DNA of 50,097 nucleotides from Bacillota bacterium (GTDB lineage Bacteria > Bacillota > Limnochordia > DTU087): assembly GCA_012510855.1 (NCBI GenBank), contig JAAZHE010000011.1:1-50097 (forward strand). Reading direction: 5' to 3'. The notes under the pieces were generated by a model. That model saw nothing but the letters and a program-made list of their open reading frames with translations. It had not been told where the DNA came from and did no database searches. Every line of letters starts with the position of its first letter. Position 1 is the first letter of the stretch. A program made the position numbers and the translations under genes. Shown piece by piece: positions 1 through 9,875 of this stretch.

Positions 1-381
1 CTGGTTGACCATTTGTATGTAATATCTAAGTCTAGCATACCCCTAACTAGGTCCGGCAGTGTTAGGTGATCGACCCCAAGAAAGAGAAGAGATATCTTTC
101 TTCTTTATGAAAAAAAACTTCACCAGATACAGAAGGAATACCAAGATCAGACCAGAAGTACTATTACTGGGTAAATACCGGCGGTGAAAAAATATCCACC
201 AAGAAGGAAATCCCAGTGGTTGGTTTTGATTTACCAGGAGGCAGCATCAAAAAACCGCCATGAAACCTGTTAACTGGTGGAGACTGCCCAGGCGTGGTAG
301 TTGGTACCGAGCCCGTAGGCTAGTCCCAAGGACTGGCCCGAAGTGACGAGGTGGTGGGTAATACCCGTGGCCAAGACAGTT

Positions 382-1212
382 ATGGAAAGACTTATAGAAG
401 AAAAATCGAAACTGCGCTCCTCTGAGGAAAAGGCAGCTGATTATATCATCGCCCATGCCAGGGAGGTTGTGAATCTGCCCATAACCGAATTGGCTGCTCG
501 GATAGGTGTGAGCGAAGCGACCATTGTGCGGATGTGCCAGAAGGTGGGCTACCGCGGTTTTCAGGAGCTCAAAATCAGTTTGGCTATGGAAATTGTGAGC
601 CCCATTCAAGCGGTACATGAAGAGATCAGCGAAGACGACGACATGGAAGCTGTCATGCAGAAAGTGGTCAACGCGTATATCACCGCCTTGAACAGCACGC
701 TCCAAGTGATGCCATCATCAGAACTGTCTCGGGCTGTGGACTATCTGTATGCCGCCCGTTCCATCCAGTTTTACGGAGTCGGGGGTTCAGGTCCCGTGGC
801 CCACGATGCAGCTCACAAGTTTATGAAAACCGGCAAGCCTGTGGTAGCCTATACCGATACCCACATGCAGGCCATGGCGGCAGCCCTGACAGAACCTGGG
901 GATGTGATTGTGGCCATTTCCCATTCCGGCAGCAGCCGGGATATGATTGATGCCCTGGCCATAGCCAAGTCCAGAGGAGTCACCACCATCGGTGTATGCC
1001 ACTATGCCCGGGCGCCTATAGATAAAGTATTGACTATCAAGCTGGGGACATCGTCCTACGAGACTCTCTATCGCATGGAAAGCACCTCATCCAGGATTGC
1101 TCAGCTTGCCATCATCGATGCGCTGTTTATAGGGGTTTGTCTCCGCGACCCAGATAAAGCAGTGAACAATATCCGCCTTACCAGGGAAGTCATCGCTCCA
1201 AAGCGCTTCTAG
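382..1212 (+). CDS. RpiR/MurR-family transcriptional regulator (HTH_6 + SIS domain)
   Basis: ORF 343..1212; the likely start is ATG 382 (MERLIEEK). It has an HTH segment 'ITELAARIGVSEATIVRMCQKVGYRGFQELK' and a SIS-type 'FYGVGGSG...VIVAISHSGSS'. It is the first gene of a co-directional sugar-acid operon. Confidence 0.85.
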   Translation: MERLIEEKSKLRSSEEKAADYIIAHAREVVNLPITELAARIGVSEATIVRMCQKVGYRGFQELKISLAMEIVSPIQAVHEEISEDDDMEAVMQKVVNAYITALNSTLQVMPSSELSRAVDYLYAARSIQFYGVGGSGPVAHDAAHKFMKTGKPVVAYTDTHMQAMAAALTEPGDVIVAISHSGSSRDMIDALAIAKSRGVTTIGVCHYARAPIDKVLTIKLGTSSYETLYRMESTSSRIAQLAIIDALFIGVCLRDPDKAVNNIRLTREVIAPKRF

Positions 1213-1275
1213 TCTAGGAGATGCAGCATCTGATGGATGGTGTATATAGCACCATCAGTTGTTAGGGGGACTCTC

Positions 1276-2244
1276 ATGAACAAGAAGATTCTAGTGACAC
1301 CAAGGACCTTTGGTAAAGCCGACCCGGTTCCGATGCAGATGCTAAAGGAAGCGGGTTGTGAAGTTATTTCCAATCCCTACGGACGCTTGTTGACTGAAGA
1401 CGAAATTTCTGAACTTATCCAAGAGGTGGACGGCATCATCGTTGGACTTGATCCTCTCAATGCCTCTGTCCTCAGCAAGGCTAAGCGCCTCAAGGCCATA
1501 TCTAAGTATGGGGTTGGTGTTAACAACATAGACTTGGAGTATGCCAGCCAGCGGGGGATAGTAGTGGCCAATACCCCGGGGGCTAACAGCCTGGCGGTCG
1601 CGGAACTAGCCATTGGACTGATGTTTGCGGTTTCTAGGCGGATTTGCGTTTCCGACCGGAACATCCGGGAGGGCAAGTGGCAGCAGTATCCCGGTCTGCA
1701 GATCAAGGGGAAGGTTATGGGCCTTGTGGGAACTGGACAGATCGGCAGACACACAGGGGAGCTGGCCCGGGGACTGGGCATGGAGGTAATCTGCTACGAC
1801 CTTCATCCCGATGAGGAATGGGCCGAATCGATAGGTGCTAGATATGTGCCGCTTCCGGAGATTATCACCGATGCAGATTTTATATCCATCCATGTGCCCT
1901 TAACCGATGATACTTTCCACCTGATCTCCAGCACAGAACTGGATCAGATGAAGCCATCGGCGGTGGTTATCAACACCGCCCGGGGTGGAATCATTGATGA
2001 AGAAGCTTTGTATGAAGCTCTAAAGGACGGCAAGATTGCAGGAGCAGGCCTCGATGTCTTCGAAACGGAACCTTTGACTGACTCGAAGTTGTTGGAGCTG
2101 GACAATGTAGTACTCACATCACACATCGGCGCTCACACCCGAGAAGCAACTGAAAACATGGGGAGACTCGCGGCAGCTAATCTGTTGGCAATACTGAGAG
2201 GAGAAATTCCTCAGTATACTGTAAATCAGATCCAAATCAAATAG
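1276..2244 (+). CDS. D-isomer-specific 2-hydroxyacid dehydrogenase (PGDH/GhrB-like)
   Basis: ORF 1237..2244; ATG 1276 follows RBS 'agggggA'. NAD-binding motif 'GLVGTGQIGRH' and catalytic region 'INTARGGIIDEEAL...GAGLDVFETEP...LTSHIGAHT' are typical of the family. Confidence 0.85.
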   Translation: MNKKILVTPRTFGKADPVPMQMLKEAGCEVISNPYGRLLTEDEISELIQEVDGIIVGLDPLNASVLSKAKRLKAISKYGVGVNNIDLEYASQRGIVVANTPGANSLAVAELAIGLMFAVSRRICVSDRNIREGKWQQYPGLQIKGKVMGLVGTGQIGRHTGELARGLGMEVICYDLHPDEEWAESIGARYVPLPEIITDADFISIHVPLTDDTFHLISSTELDQMKPSAVVINTARGGIIDEEALYEALKDGKIAGAGLDVFETEPLTDSKLLELDNVVLTSHIGAHTREATENMGRLAAANLLAILRGEIPQYTVNQIQIK

Positions 2245-2253
2245 CCGATAGGG

Positions 2254-3504
2254 GTGCTGAACATGGAAGTGCGAGCTAATGAGCTGCCCAAAGTCGTCAC
2301 TGAACTGGTAAGGGAAGCGAGAGTGGCAGATGTTCATACCCATCTGTACCCGCCCATGTGTAAGGAGCTGTTTTTGCGGGGCATAGATGACCTCTTGACC
2401 TACCACTACTTGCTGGTGGAAACCCTCCGCTATGGCAAAATTAAACCTAACGACTTCTTCGCCCTCAGCAAAGAAGAACAGGCCGATGAGGTGTGGAAGA
2501 CTCTGTTTGTGGAGCATTCGCCTGTCAGCGAGGCTTGCCGGGGGGTGCTCACTGTCTTGAAAGCTTACGGGGTAGACGCTGCTCCTGGCTCTTTGAATGA
2601 AATCCGAGCCTTTTTCAGGGCATTAAGTCCTGAGGAGCACGCTGATAGGGTCTTTGCTGCTGCCAATTTGGACTATGTGGTGATGACCAATGACGCCTTC
2701 GATCCCGTGGAAACAGGTTACTGGGGGCCGGATTTTATCAAGGACAAGCGTTTCCGGGCAGCCCTGAGGATCGACCCGTTGCTCAATACACCGGATGAGG
2801 CCATGGGATTTATGCGGGAAAAGGGCTACAACGCGGGCCCCGAGATGTCTGCAAAGACCGCGGCCGAAATGCGGAGGTTCTTAGGGGACAATGCCGACAG
2901 GATCCAGCCTGTGTACCTGGCGGCATCACTACCTCCTACCTTCCGGTGGAAAGACGGAACGGTAAGGAGCAAGATTATGGAAGAGGTAATTGTACCCTTC
3001 TGCAAAGAGCGGAACATACCCCTGGCGCTGATGATTGGGGTCAGAAAGCTGGTCAATCCCGGCATGCGCCTAGGCGGCGACAGCCTCGGCAAATGCTGCG
3101 TCGCGTCCCTGGAAGAGATGTGCCTTGAACATCCCGATATGCGGTTCTTGATTACGCTCCTTTCCCGAGAAAACCAGCATGAACTTTGTGTTGCAGCAAG
3201 GAAATTCCCCAATCTCAAGCTCTTTGGCTGCTGGTGGTTCTTGGACAACCCCAGTTTGGTTAAGGAAATAACCGAGATGCGGATGGAGATGTTGGGGGTA
3301 AGCTTCATTCCGCAGCACTCTGACGCCCGGGTTCTAGACCAGCTTATTTACAAATGGGCACACAGTAAAGAGATAATCGCCGATGTTCTCGTTGACAATT
3401 ATTCCAAGCTGCTCAAAACCGGCTGGAAACTGTCTCAGGAGGACATCAAGCGGGATATAGATTTGCTCTTCTCCGGCAATGTCAATGAAGCTTTGGGTCT
3501 ATAG
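2254..3504 (+). CDS. Uronate (glucuronate) isomerase-like amidohydrolase, divergent UxaC type
   Basis: N-terminal metal motif 'VADVHTHLYPP' (HxH) and 'FGCWWFLDNP' (the WWF motif of uronate isomerases). About 416 aa. The start is GTG 2254 or ATG 2263. The operon context (mannonate-oxidoreductase-type SDR, Eda) agrees. Confidence 0.7.
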   Translation: MLNMEVRANELPKVVTELVREARVADVHTHLYPPMCKELFLRGIDDLLTYHYLLVETLRYGKIKPNDFFALSKEEQADEVWKTLFVEHSPVSEACRGVLTVLKAYGVDAAPGSLNEIRAFFRALSPEEHADRVFAAANLDYVVMTNDAFDPVETGYWGPDFIKDKRFRAALRIDPLLNTPDEAMGFMREKGYNAGPEMSAKTAAEMRRFLGDNADRIQPVYLAASLPPTFRWKDGTVRSKIMEEVIVPFCKERNIPLALMIGVRKLVNPGMRLGGDSLGKCCVASLEEMCLEHPDMRFLITLLSRENQHELCVAARKFPNLKLFGCWWFLDNPSLVKEITEMRMEMLGVSFIPQHSDARVLDQLIYKWAHSKEIIADVLVDNYSKLLKTGWKLSQEDIKRDIDLLFSGNVNEALGL

Positions 3505-3525
3505 AGAGGAAGGAAGATCAGGACT

Positions 3526-4176
3526 ATGGGAAAAGCTGAACAACTTAAAGCAATTGCAGATTCCGGTGTCGTGGCAGTGATCAGGACAAATAATGCCGAC
3601 GAGCTCATCAATATCTGCAAAGCCATGGCGGAAGGCGGCGTTATGGGAGTAGAGATCACCATGACATCGCCGGGAGCAGTGGATGCCATTAAAGAGGCCT
3701 CCAAGGTGTTGGGCTCCAAGGCAATAATCGGGGCAGGCTCTGTCTTGGATGCCGAGACGGCGAGAGTCTGCATCCTGGCAGGTGCCGACTTCGTTGTCAG
3801 CCCGATTTTCGACCCAGCGATAGTAGAAATGTGCCACCGGTACAGCAAGATTGTGATTCCGGGAGCCTTTACGCCCACTGAGATCCTGCGGGCCTGGCAG
3901 GCCGGGGCAGATGTCGTCAAGGTCTTTCCGGCAACCTCCGTGGGCCCTTCCTACCTCAAGGATATTCTTGGGCCCATGCCCCAGGTCAAGCTGACTCCCA
4001 CCGGCGGCATTAATCTAGATAACCTAGGAGATTTCATTAAGGCCGGTGCTGTCTTTGTCGGAGCCGGATCGTCCTTGGTGAATAAGAAGCTTGTTGCGGA
4101 AGGCAGATGGGACGAGCTGGCGGAGCGGGCAGCTCAGTTTGTAGCTGCAGCCAGGGCAGCCCGGAATGCTGGATAA
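3526..4176 (+). CDS. eda: 2-dehydro-3-deoxy-phosphogluconate / 4-hydroxy-2-oxoglutarate aldolase
   Basis: Family-typical 'GVVAVIRT', 'GVMGVEITMTSPGA', 'FVVSPIFD', 'IPGAFTPTEI...GADVVKVFPA' (Schiff-base Lys region). RBS 'gaggaaggaag' lies upstream. Confidence 0.9.
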   Translation: MGKAEQLKAIADSGVVAVIRTNNADELINICKAMAEGGVMGVEITMTSPGAVDAIKEASKVLGSKAIIGAGSVLDAETARVCILAGADFVVSPIFDPAIVEMCHRYSKIVIPGAFTPTEILRAWQAGADVVKVFPATSVGPSYLKDILGPMPQVKLTPTGGINLDNLGDFIKAGAVFVGAGSSLVNKKLVAEGRWDELAERAAQFVAAARAARNAG

Positions 4177-4197
4177 AGCTTTGAAAGGAGCAGTTGT

Positions 4198-5016
4198 ATG
4201 GCGGATCTTTTTGATGTCAGCGGTAAGGTTGCAGTAGTCACCGGCGGCGGGGGTGTTCTCTGCAGCGAGATGGCTAGAGCCCTTGCCAGTCGGGGTGTCA
4301 AGGTAGCAGTACTGGACATCAACGAAGGGCAAGCTAAGGTGGTGGCCGATGAGATTAAGGCCAATGGCGGAGAAGCCATCGCCGTTGCTGTTGACGTTTT
4401 GAATAAGGCTTCCATCGAGGGGGCCCGGGACGTAGTCCTGGAGCACTTCGGGACTGTAGATATTCTCATCAACGGTGCCGGCGGCAACAAGCCTGAGGCA
4501 CCAGCCAGTGACACCATGTCCTTCTTCGATATCCCTGCCGATGCCATTCAGTGGGTGTTTAATCTCAATATTATCGGCACAATACTCCCTACCCAGGTAT
4601 TCGGCAAGGTCATGGCCGAAAAAGGAGAAGGAGTCGGCATCAATATGTCCTCCATGGCGGCCTTCAAGCCCCTAACCAGGACAGTGGCCTACTCTGCCGC
4701 TAAGGCTGCCGTCAGCAACTTCACCCAGTGGATGGCGGTGCATTTTGCCCAGAATTATTCTCCCAATATCCGGGTCAACGCACTGGCACCTGGCTTTTTC
4801 TTGACCAATCAGAATTACTACCTGCTGGTGGACAAGGAGACCGGTGAACCTACCCAGCGCGGTCATCAGATTATCAGCCATACTCCCATGGGTAGATACG
4901 GCGAACCACGGGATCTGATCGGCACGCTGCTGTGGCTGGTATCCGATGCCGCAAGCTTTGTCAACGGTGTAGTCGTTCCAGTGGATGGCGCATTCTCTGC
5001 CTATAGTGGAGTGTGA
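4198..5016 (+). CDS. SDR-family oxidoreductase, D-mannonate (fructuronate) oxidoreductase subtype
   Basis: 'GKVAVVTGGGGVLC' cofactor motif, 'NGAGGNKPEA', 'YSAAKAA' (YxxxK), 'APGFFLTNQNYYLL' and the C-terminal 'PVDGAFSAYSGV' resemble the SDR-type UxuB/YjmF subgroup as I recall it. Confidence 0.7.
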   Translation: MADLFDVSGKVAVVTGGGGVLCSEMARALASRGVKVAVLDINEGQAKVVADEIKANGGEAIAVAVDVLNKASIEGARDVVLEHFGTVDILINGAGGNKPEAPASDTMSFFDIPADAIQWVFNLNIIGTILPTQVFGKVMAEKGEGVGINMSSMAAFKPLTRTVAYSAAKAAVSNFTQWMAVHFAQNYSPNIRVNALAPGFFLTNQNYYLLVDKETGEPTQRGHQIISHTPMGRYGEPRDLIGTLLWLVSDAASFVNGVVVPVDGAFSAYSGV

Positions 5017-6473
5017 ACGAGTTGGTTGTAGCTAGTCTAGAAGTCAGTACATCCTCAGCTAAGTGTATTCTCTTTTCAATAAAAGACGGAGTAATCGCTG
5101 AAGTATCGGAGCGCTATGGGCCTGATGTTGCCGATGGCCCTACCCAGGACCCCCAGGGGGTAGTGGGTTGTGCCCTGAGCGTCCTGCGGCAGATGGTCCA
5201 AGCCGCGGATGAGCGGGGCCTCAAGATAGAAGCCATTGGCCTCACAGGGATTTGGCACAGTTTGCTGCTTCTGGATGACCAGCGGCAGCCTGTCCACCGG
5301 ATTAAAACATGGGTCGATCTTTCCGGGGCTGACCACGTGTCAGCCCTGCGACAGGATCGGGAATTGGTTGATAAGATGTACCATAATACGGGCTGCATGG
5401 TCAACGCAATCTACCCGGCCTGGAAGTGGCACTATTTGAGGACTTCCCAGCCTGAGCTGACAAATAAGACCAGGTTCATTGCTTCGCAAATGGAGTTTGT
5501 ATTTGAAGCCCTTACCGGAGACAGGGCCGTGTCCCGCTGTACAGCCTCGGGTTCAGGCTTTTTCAACATCAGCACACTGGACTGGGATGAAGATGTGCTG
5601 AGCCTTGTGGGACTGAGGAAAGACCAGTTTAGTCCCTTGGTAGAAGCTTTCCACACTGCCCCTCTGAGGGCGGAAATCGCAAGGCAAGTGGGACTGCCGT
5701 CAGGCATACCGGTGACTGTGGGCTGTGCCGACGGAGCAATGAATCAACTGGCTATCGGCGGTCTAGACACCAAGGCCATGTCCATGTCGGTGGGGACCAG
5801 CGGTGCCCTTAGGGCAGTGCACTTAGAGCCGAAGATCCCCAAGGAACCCTCCACTTGGTGTTATTATCTCACCAAGGGCCGGAGGATAGCCGGAGCCGCT
5901 GTCAATAACGGCACCAACTGCGTTGACTGGTTCCTCACCCTCCAGGAGGGAGAGCTCAAGAGTCAAGTTTATGATCAATACTCAAAGGGTATAGAACAAG
6001 TCAGGCGGGCGAAAGCTCCCATTTTCATGCCTTTCCTTTTCGGCGAACGAAGCCCAGGCTGGAATGAGCGAAGACCCGGCGGATTTGTGGATGTCAAGGC
6101 CTTCCACAACAAATACGACCTGTATTATGCAATCCTGGAAGGCATCCTGTTTACCATGCGGCAATGCTACGACATATTGGTGGAAGTCGGGGGCCGGCCG
6201 GAGGAAGTGTTGGTTTCCGGCGGCATTGTCAACTCGGCTCCCTGGATGCAGATGGCTGCAGATATCTTCCAGAGGGAAATCAAGGTAACCGCCACAACCA
6301 ACGAATCCACCGTGGGCGGAGCCCTGGTAGCTTTGGAGGCGGTGGGCGGCAGCGAGCAGGTAGCAGGCTACAAGCCGGGGATCGTGAAGTCATATAAGCC
6401 TGAGGCAGAGGCGGTGGAGCTTTACCAAGTCCGCTATCAAAGATACCTTGAGCTGTATAGAACGCTGGAATAG
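5013..6473 (+). CDS. FGGY-family carbohydrate kinase (gluconokinase-like)
   Basis: GTG 5013 overlaps the SDR stop (GTGA). N-terminal 'SLEVSTSSAKC' matches the D-x-G-T-S-x-K-like phosphate-1 region. The FGGY C-domain has 'GGIVNSAPWMQMAADIF'. 486 aa. Confidence 0.8.
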   Translation: MNELVVASLEVSTSSAKCILFSIKDGVIAEVSERYGPDVADGPTQDPQGVVGCALSVLRQMVQAADERGLKIEAIGLTGIWHSLLLLDDQRQPVHRIKTWVDLSGADHVSALRQDRELVDKMYHNTGCMVNAIYPAWKWHYLRTSQPELTNKTRFIASQMEFVFEALTGDRAVSRCTASGSGFFNISTLDWDEDVLSLVGLRKDQFSPLVEAFHTAPLRAEIARQVGLPSGIPVTVGCADGAMNQLAIGGLDTKAMSMSVGTSGALRAVHLEPKIPKEPSTWCYYLTKGRRIAGAAVNNGTNCVDWFLTLQEGELKSQVYDQYSKGIEQVRRAKAPIFMPFLFGERSPGWNERRPGGFVDVKAFHNKYDLYYAILEGILFTMRQCYDILVEVGGRPEEVLVSGGIVNSAPWMQMAADIFQREIKVTATTNESTVGGALVALEAVGGSEQVAGYKPGIVKSYKPEAEAVELYQVRYQRYLELYRTLE

Positions 6474-6483
6474 GAGGGGTTGT

Positions 6484-7722
6484 ATGGATAGGGCAGAGCT
6501 TCGCTCAAGATTAGAAGCCTGGCTGAACTCCTTGGACAAGAAACTGGAGAGGCTGCTTTTGCTCCCTCCTGATTATACTAGATTCAACTCCGGGGCAGGC
6601 CTAATCGTCCAAGAACTCTACGATATTCTGGGCGGTTCCGCGGAGATCGACATCATGCCGGCCTTGGGCTGCCATGAGCCTATGACCGATGCGGAGATTG
6701 AGACGATGTTCGGCACCAAGATACCCAAGGATCGCTTCATCCACCGCAACTGGCGGACTGATGTAGTGAAGCTAGGTGAAGTGCCGGCAGAATTCGTGCG
6801 GGAAGTTTCCGGTGGGAAGCTGGATTTTTCCATCGAGGTGGAAATCGACCCCAGGCTGCTCGACTCCAAGTACGATGTTATCATCTCCATCGGTCAGGTA
6901 GTTCCCCACGAGGTTGTGGGGATGGCCAACTACACCAAGAACATCCTGGTGGGCTGCGGTGGCAAGGGCATGATCGATAAGACCCATTTCCTCGGGGCTG
7001 TCAGCAACATGGAACAGCTGATGGGCCGTGACCACTCCTCTGTCCGGAAGGTGTTTGACTACGCAGAGGTGCATTTCCTCAAGGATTTACCCATTGAGTA
7101 TATCCTCACAGTGACCACCACCAAGGGTGACGTCACTACCATTGAGGGTCTGTTTTTGGGTAGGTCCCGGAAGAACTTCGAGCAGGCAGTTGCCCTCAGT
7201 CAGCAGAAAAACCTTGACCTACTTGATGAGCCTTTGGAGAAGGTTGTTGCCTACATCGAACCCGACCACTTTAAGAGCACATGGGTTGGCAATAAAGCTA
7301 TTTACCGCCTGCGGATGGCCATGGCCGATAACGGTGAATTACTAATCATCGCTCCCGGGGTGAGGCACTTCGGTGAGGATCCGCTGTTTGATGAGTTGAT
7401 TAGAAAATACGGGTATCGCGGTACGCCTTACGTCTTGGCTATGGTTGAGCAAAACATAGATCTCCAAGAGAATTTGTCCTCGGCAGCCCATCTAATCCAC
7501 GGTTCTTCAGAGGGGCGGTTTCGAATTGTATATGCTCCCGGCCACTTGACCCGGGAAGAAGTGGAAGGGGTGGGGTTTGAGTACAGGGACATCAACGAAG
7601 TTCTTAAAGTCTATGACCCCGCCAAACTGCAGGATGGGTTCAACACCGTGAACGGTGAGCACATCTTCTTTGTCAGCAACCCGGCACTGGGCCTTTGGGC
7701 GCTGAAGAAAAGATTCCAGTAG
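6484..7722 (+). CDS. LarA-family (lactate-racemase-like, DUF2088) putative nickel-pincer-dependent 2-hydroxyacid racemase/epimerase
   Basis: ATG 6484 follows RBS 'aggagggg'. 'PPDYTRF', 'GCHEP' and 'VVPHEVVGMANYTKNILVGCGGKGMIDKTH' reproduce the LarA D-x-T-R, His108, His174-(10)-Lys184-(16)-His200 pattern and spacing, aligned from memory to the L. plantarum enzyme. Confidence 0.7.
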   Translation: MDRAELRSRLEAWLNSLDKKLERLLLLPPDYTRFNSGAGLIVQELYDILGGSAEIDIMPALGCHEPMTDAEIETMFGTKIPKDRFIHRNWRTDVVKLGEVPAEFVREVSGGKLDFSIEVEIDPRLLDSKYDVIISIGQVVPHEVVGMANYTKNILVGCGGKGMIDKTHFLGAVSNMEQLMGRDHSSVRKVFDYAEVHFLKDLPIEYILTVTTTKGDVTTIEGLFLGRSRKNFEQAVALSQQKNLDLLDEPLEKVVAYIEPDHFKSTWVGNKAIYRLRMAMADNGELLIIAPGVRHFGEDPLFDELIRKYGYRGTPYVLAMVEQNIDLQENLSSAAHLIHGSSEGRFRIVYAPGHLTREEVEGVGFEYRDINEVLKVYDPAKLQDGFNTVNGEHIFFVSNPALGLWALKKRFQ

Positions 7723-7760
7723 AATCCAAGGATCAGCCCCCAACTTCGAAAACCATAGAA

Positions 7761-7803
7761 AAAGGCAAAATCGTCTCGCGGCGGAGAGGATTTTGCCTTT
7801 CTT
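7761..7803 (+). terminator. Rho-independent terminator closing the 382-7722 operon
   Basis: The arms 'aaaggcaaaatcgtctc' and 'gagaggattttgccttt' form a 17-bp stem with one mismatch and a 6-nt loop. The stem ends in TTT and is followed by CTT. Confidence 0.75.
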
Positions 7804-7861
7804 GTGGAATAGTTTTAGGTGAATAAGTCTATTAGAGGAGCATCAAGGAGAGCGATCAAGG

Positions 7862-9721
7862 ATGAAGCGCACACTTTGGGCCAGAAGCATTGGGGGCAGG
7901 CTCACCATTTCTATTGTCATAGCAATCCTAGTCTTGTTGGGGGCCTCTACTTGGGTTACCTATCTGCAGTTTCGTCACACCATTGAAGACTCGGCTTTGG
8001 ATGCAGCAGCCCATAGTGCCGAGAACAATGCCCTAATTCTCAATAATTGGCTGCTGGCGAAAGGTAATCAGCTGGCAGCTCTAGCGGAAACCACCGATAT
8101 GCAGGGCATGAAGTGGGACACCCAAATCCCCGTTTTGCGGAGGCTGGCGGAAAGTCAGCCGGACTTTGAAATGCTGTACATTGTTCAGCCCAACGGTTAT
8201 GGTATTTTATCTGCCGGGGGAAGCGAGTTTTTCGATGACCGAGAATACTTTCAACAGGCCATGGCTACAGGTCAAATTGTATACTCCGACCTAATAACCA
8301 ACAAAGTGACGGGGGAATTGGTGGTGGCCATCGCCCAGCCCATTTTCCGGGAGGGAGTGGCTCGCCCCGTAGGGCTCATCTGCGGAACCCTGTGGATGGA
8401 CTACCTGCAGAGTTTAGTGGAGAACATGAAAATTAATGACCATGGGCATGGCTGGATCTTAGACAACAGCGGTGTAACCATCGCCCATCCTGTCAAAGAG
8501 TATGTAGGGAACAGCGATATCTTCACAGATGACGATGAACTGCGAAGCGCAGTAGAGACTATGATGGGGAATACGGGAGCTATGAGATTCACCTCCCGCG
8601 GGGTGCGGAAGCTCGCCGCATATGCACCCATCGAAGCAACGGGCTGGACCGTGGTTATGCTGGCCGATGAGGAGGATGTCCTAGCTCCGGTTTACCGCCA
8701 GCGCACCATGAGCATTCTTGTCGCTGTAGTGGGAGTAGCTGCCGGTGCGGTGCTGGCATCGCTAATAGCTAGGGGTATAGTAAATCCCCTTATCACCTTG
8801 AGGGACGCAGCCCAAAAGCTAGCCACCGGCGATCTAACTGTCACGGTTGACGTAAAGCGGCGGGATGAACTGGGAGAGCTGGCATCAGCCTTTAACGCCA
8901 TGGCCGATGAGCTGCGGGGTATGGTAGGCAGAATAGACAGCTCAGCCCAGGGGATCGCTGCCTCCAGCCAAGAGCTGTCAGCCTCCACCGCGGATGTGGG
9001 GGCCTCAGTGGAGGAGGTAGCGGCGACTGCGAATCAGTTTGCCTCCACCGTTGAGACCATGGGCATGAAAGCCCGGGAGATGGCCCAATCTGCCGCCGAA
9101 ATCTCTGCCATGGCCGCTGACGGCGGTGAGGCTGTGACCAGGGCCATGAAAGAGATTGAGCAGCTGCAAAAGATCATCTCGGTCTTAGCTGGGGTTGTGG
9201 GAGGCCTGGGTCAGCGTTCAGCTGAAATCAGTCGAATAGTAGAGGTTATTACAAGCATAGCCGATCAGACCAATCTCCTAGCCCTAAATGCCGCCATTGA
9301 GGCAGCTAGGGCAGGGGAGTACGGCCGGGGCTTTGCGGTTGTCGCGGAAGAAGCCCGGAAACTGGCGGAGCAGTCAGCGCAAGCAGCTGCTGAAATCACC
9401 GCTCTAGTGGAGGATATCCGGAAAGAAACCGAGGGCGCCGTGGCCGAAATGGACAAGGGAGCCAAGGATGCAGAGAACACAGCCCAAGTGATCAACTACA
9501 GCAATGAGCTCCTGAGCCGCATCTTAGCCGCCATAAATCCCATCATAGAGCAAATTCAAGCCTTCGCCTCAGATATTCAGCAAATTGGAACCGGCAGCGA
9601 GCAGGTGGCGGCAGCAACCGAGGAGCAGTCCGCCTCTATCCAGGAACTGGCATCTGCTGCCCAGACCCTTAATAACATGGCGGATGAACTTAACAGCTTA
9701 GTGCAGGGGTTTACTGTGTGA
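7862..9721 (+). CDS. Methyl-accepting chemotaxis protein with periplasmic Cache-type sensor, HAMP and MA domains
   Basis: Two TM segments flank a ~260-aa extracellular domain. There is a HAMP region ('[18 protein letters not shown]'). The hallmark signalling hairpin is '[37 protein letters not shown]'. Confidence 0.9.
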   Translation: MKRTLWARSIGGRLTISIVIAILVLLGASTWVTYLQFRHTIEDSALDAAAHSAENNALILNNWLLAKGNQLAALAETTDMQGMKWDTQIPVLRRLAESQPDFEMLYIVQPNGYGILSAGGSEFFDDREYFQQAMATGQIVYSDLITNKVTGELVVAIAQPIFREGVARPVGLICGTLWMDYLQSLVENMKINDHGHGWILDNSGVTIAHPVKEYVGNSDIFTDDDELRSAVETMMGNTGAMRFTSRGVRKLAAYAPIEATGWTVVMLADEEDVLAPVYRQRTMSILVAVVGVAAGAVLASLIARGIVNPLITLRDAAQKLATGDLTVTVDVKRRDELGELASAFNAMADELRGMVGRIDSSAQGIAASSQELSASTADVGASVEEVAATANQFASTVETMGMKAREMAQSAAEISAMAADGGEAVTRAMKEIEQLQKIISVLAGVVGGLGQRSAEISRIVEVITSIADQTNLLALNAAIEAARAGEYGRGFAVVAEEARKLAEQSAQAAAEITALVEDIRKETEGAVAEMDKGAKDAENTAQVINYSNELLSRILAAINPIIEQIQAFASDIQQIGTGSEQVAAATEEQSASIQELASAAQTLNNMADELNSLVQGFTV

Positions 9722-9875
9722 GGAAAAAGGGTTGTAAGGCTTCCAAGGAATTTGGGACACATAGGTTGAATTATAACATGTTAGGATATGGTTTCTTTAG
9801 CTCTAGGGGGGCCTAGGGAATATCAGAAATACCACTGGGCCATCAACCCCGAGGGTGTAGGAAAGGAGTATAGCG

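Noticed and set aside
107-187. 26-aa ORF 'MKKNFTRYRRNTKIRPEVLLLGKYRR' in the leader before the RpiR gene
   Set aside because: It is highly basic, with no RBS and no family. It may be a vestigial gene start, but there is no support for it as a feature.
1197-1210. cre-like palindrome 'tccaaagcgcttct' (possible CcpA site)
   Set aside because: The outer TG...CA positions of the cre consensus are not matched, and it lies inside the 3' end of the RpiR CDS. The support is too weak.
3435-3920. 161-aa and 112-aa minus-strand ORFs opposite eda
   Set aside because: They are antisense to a textbook KDPG-aldolase CDS. The Ala/Ser/Pro-rich shadow frames have no RBS.
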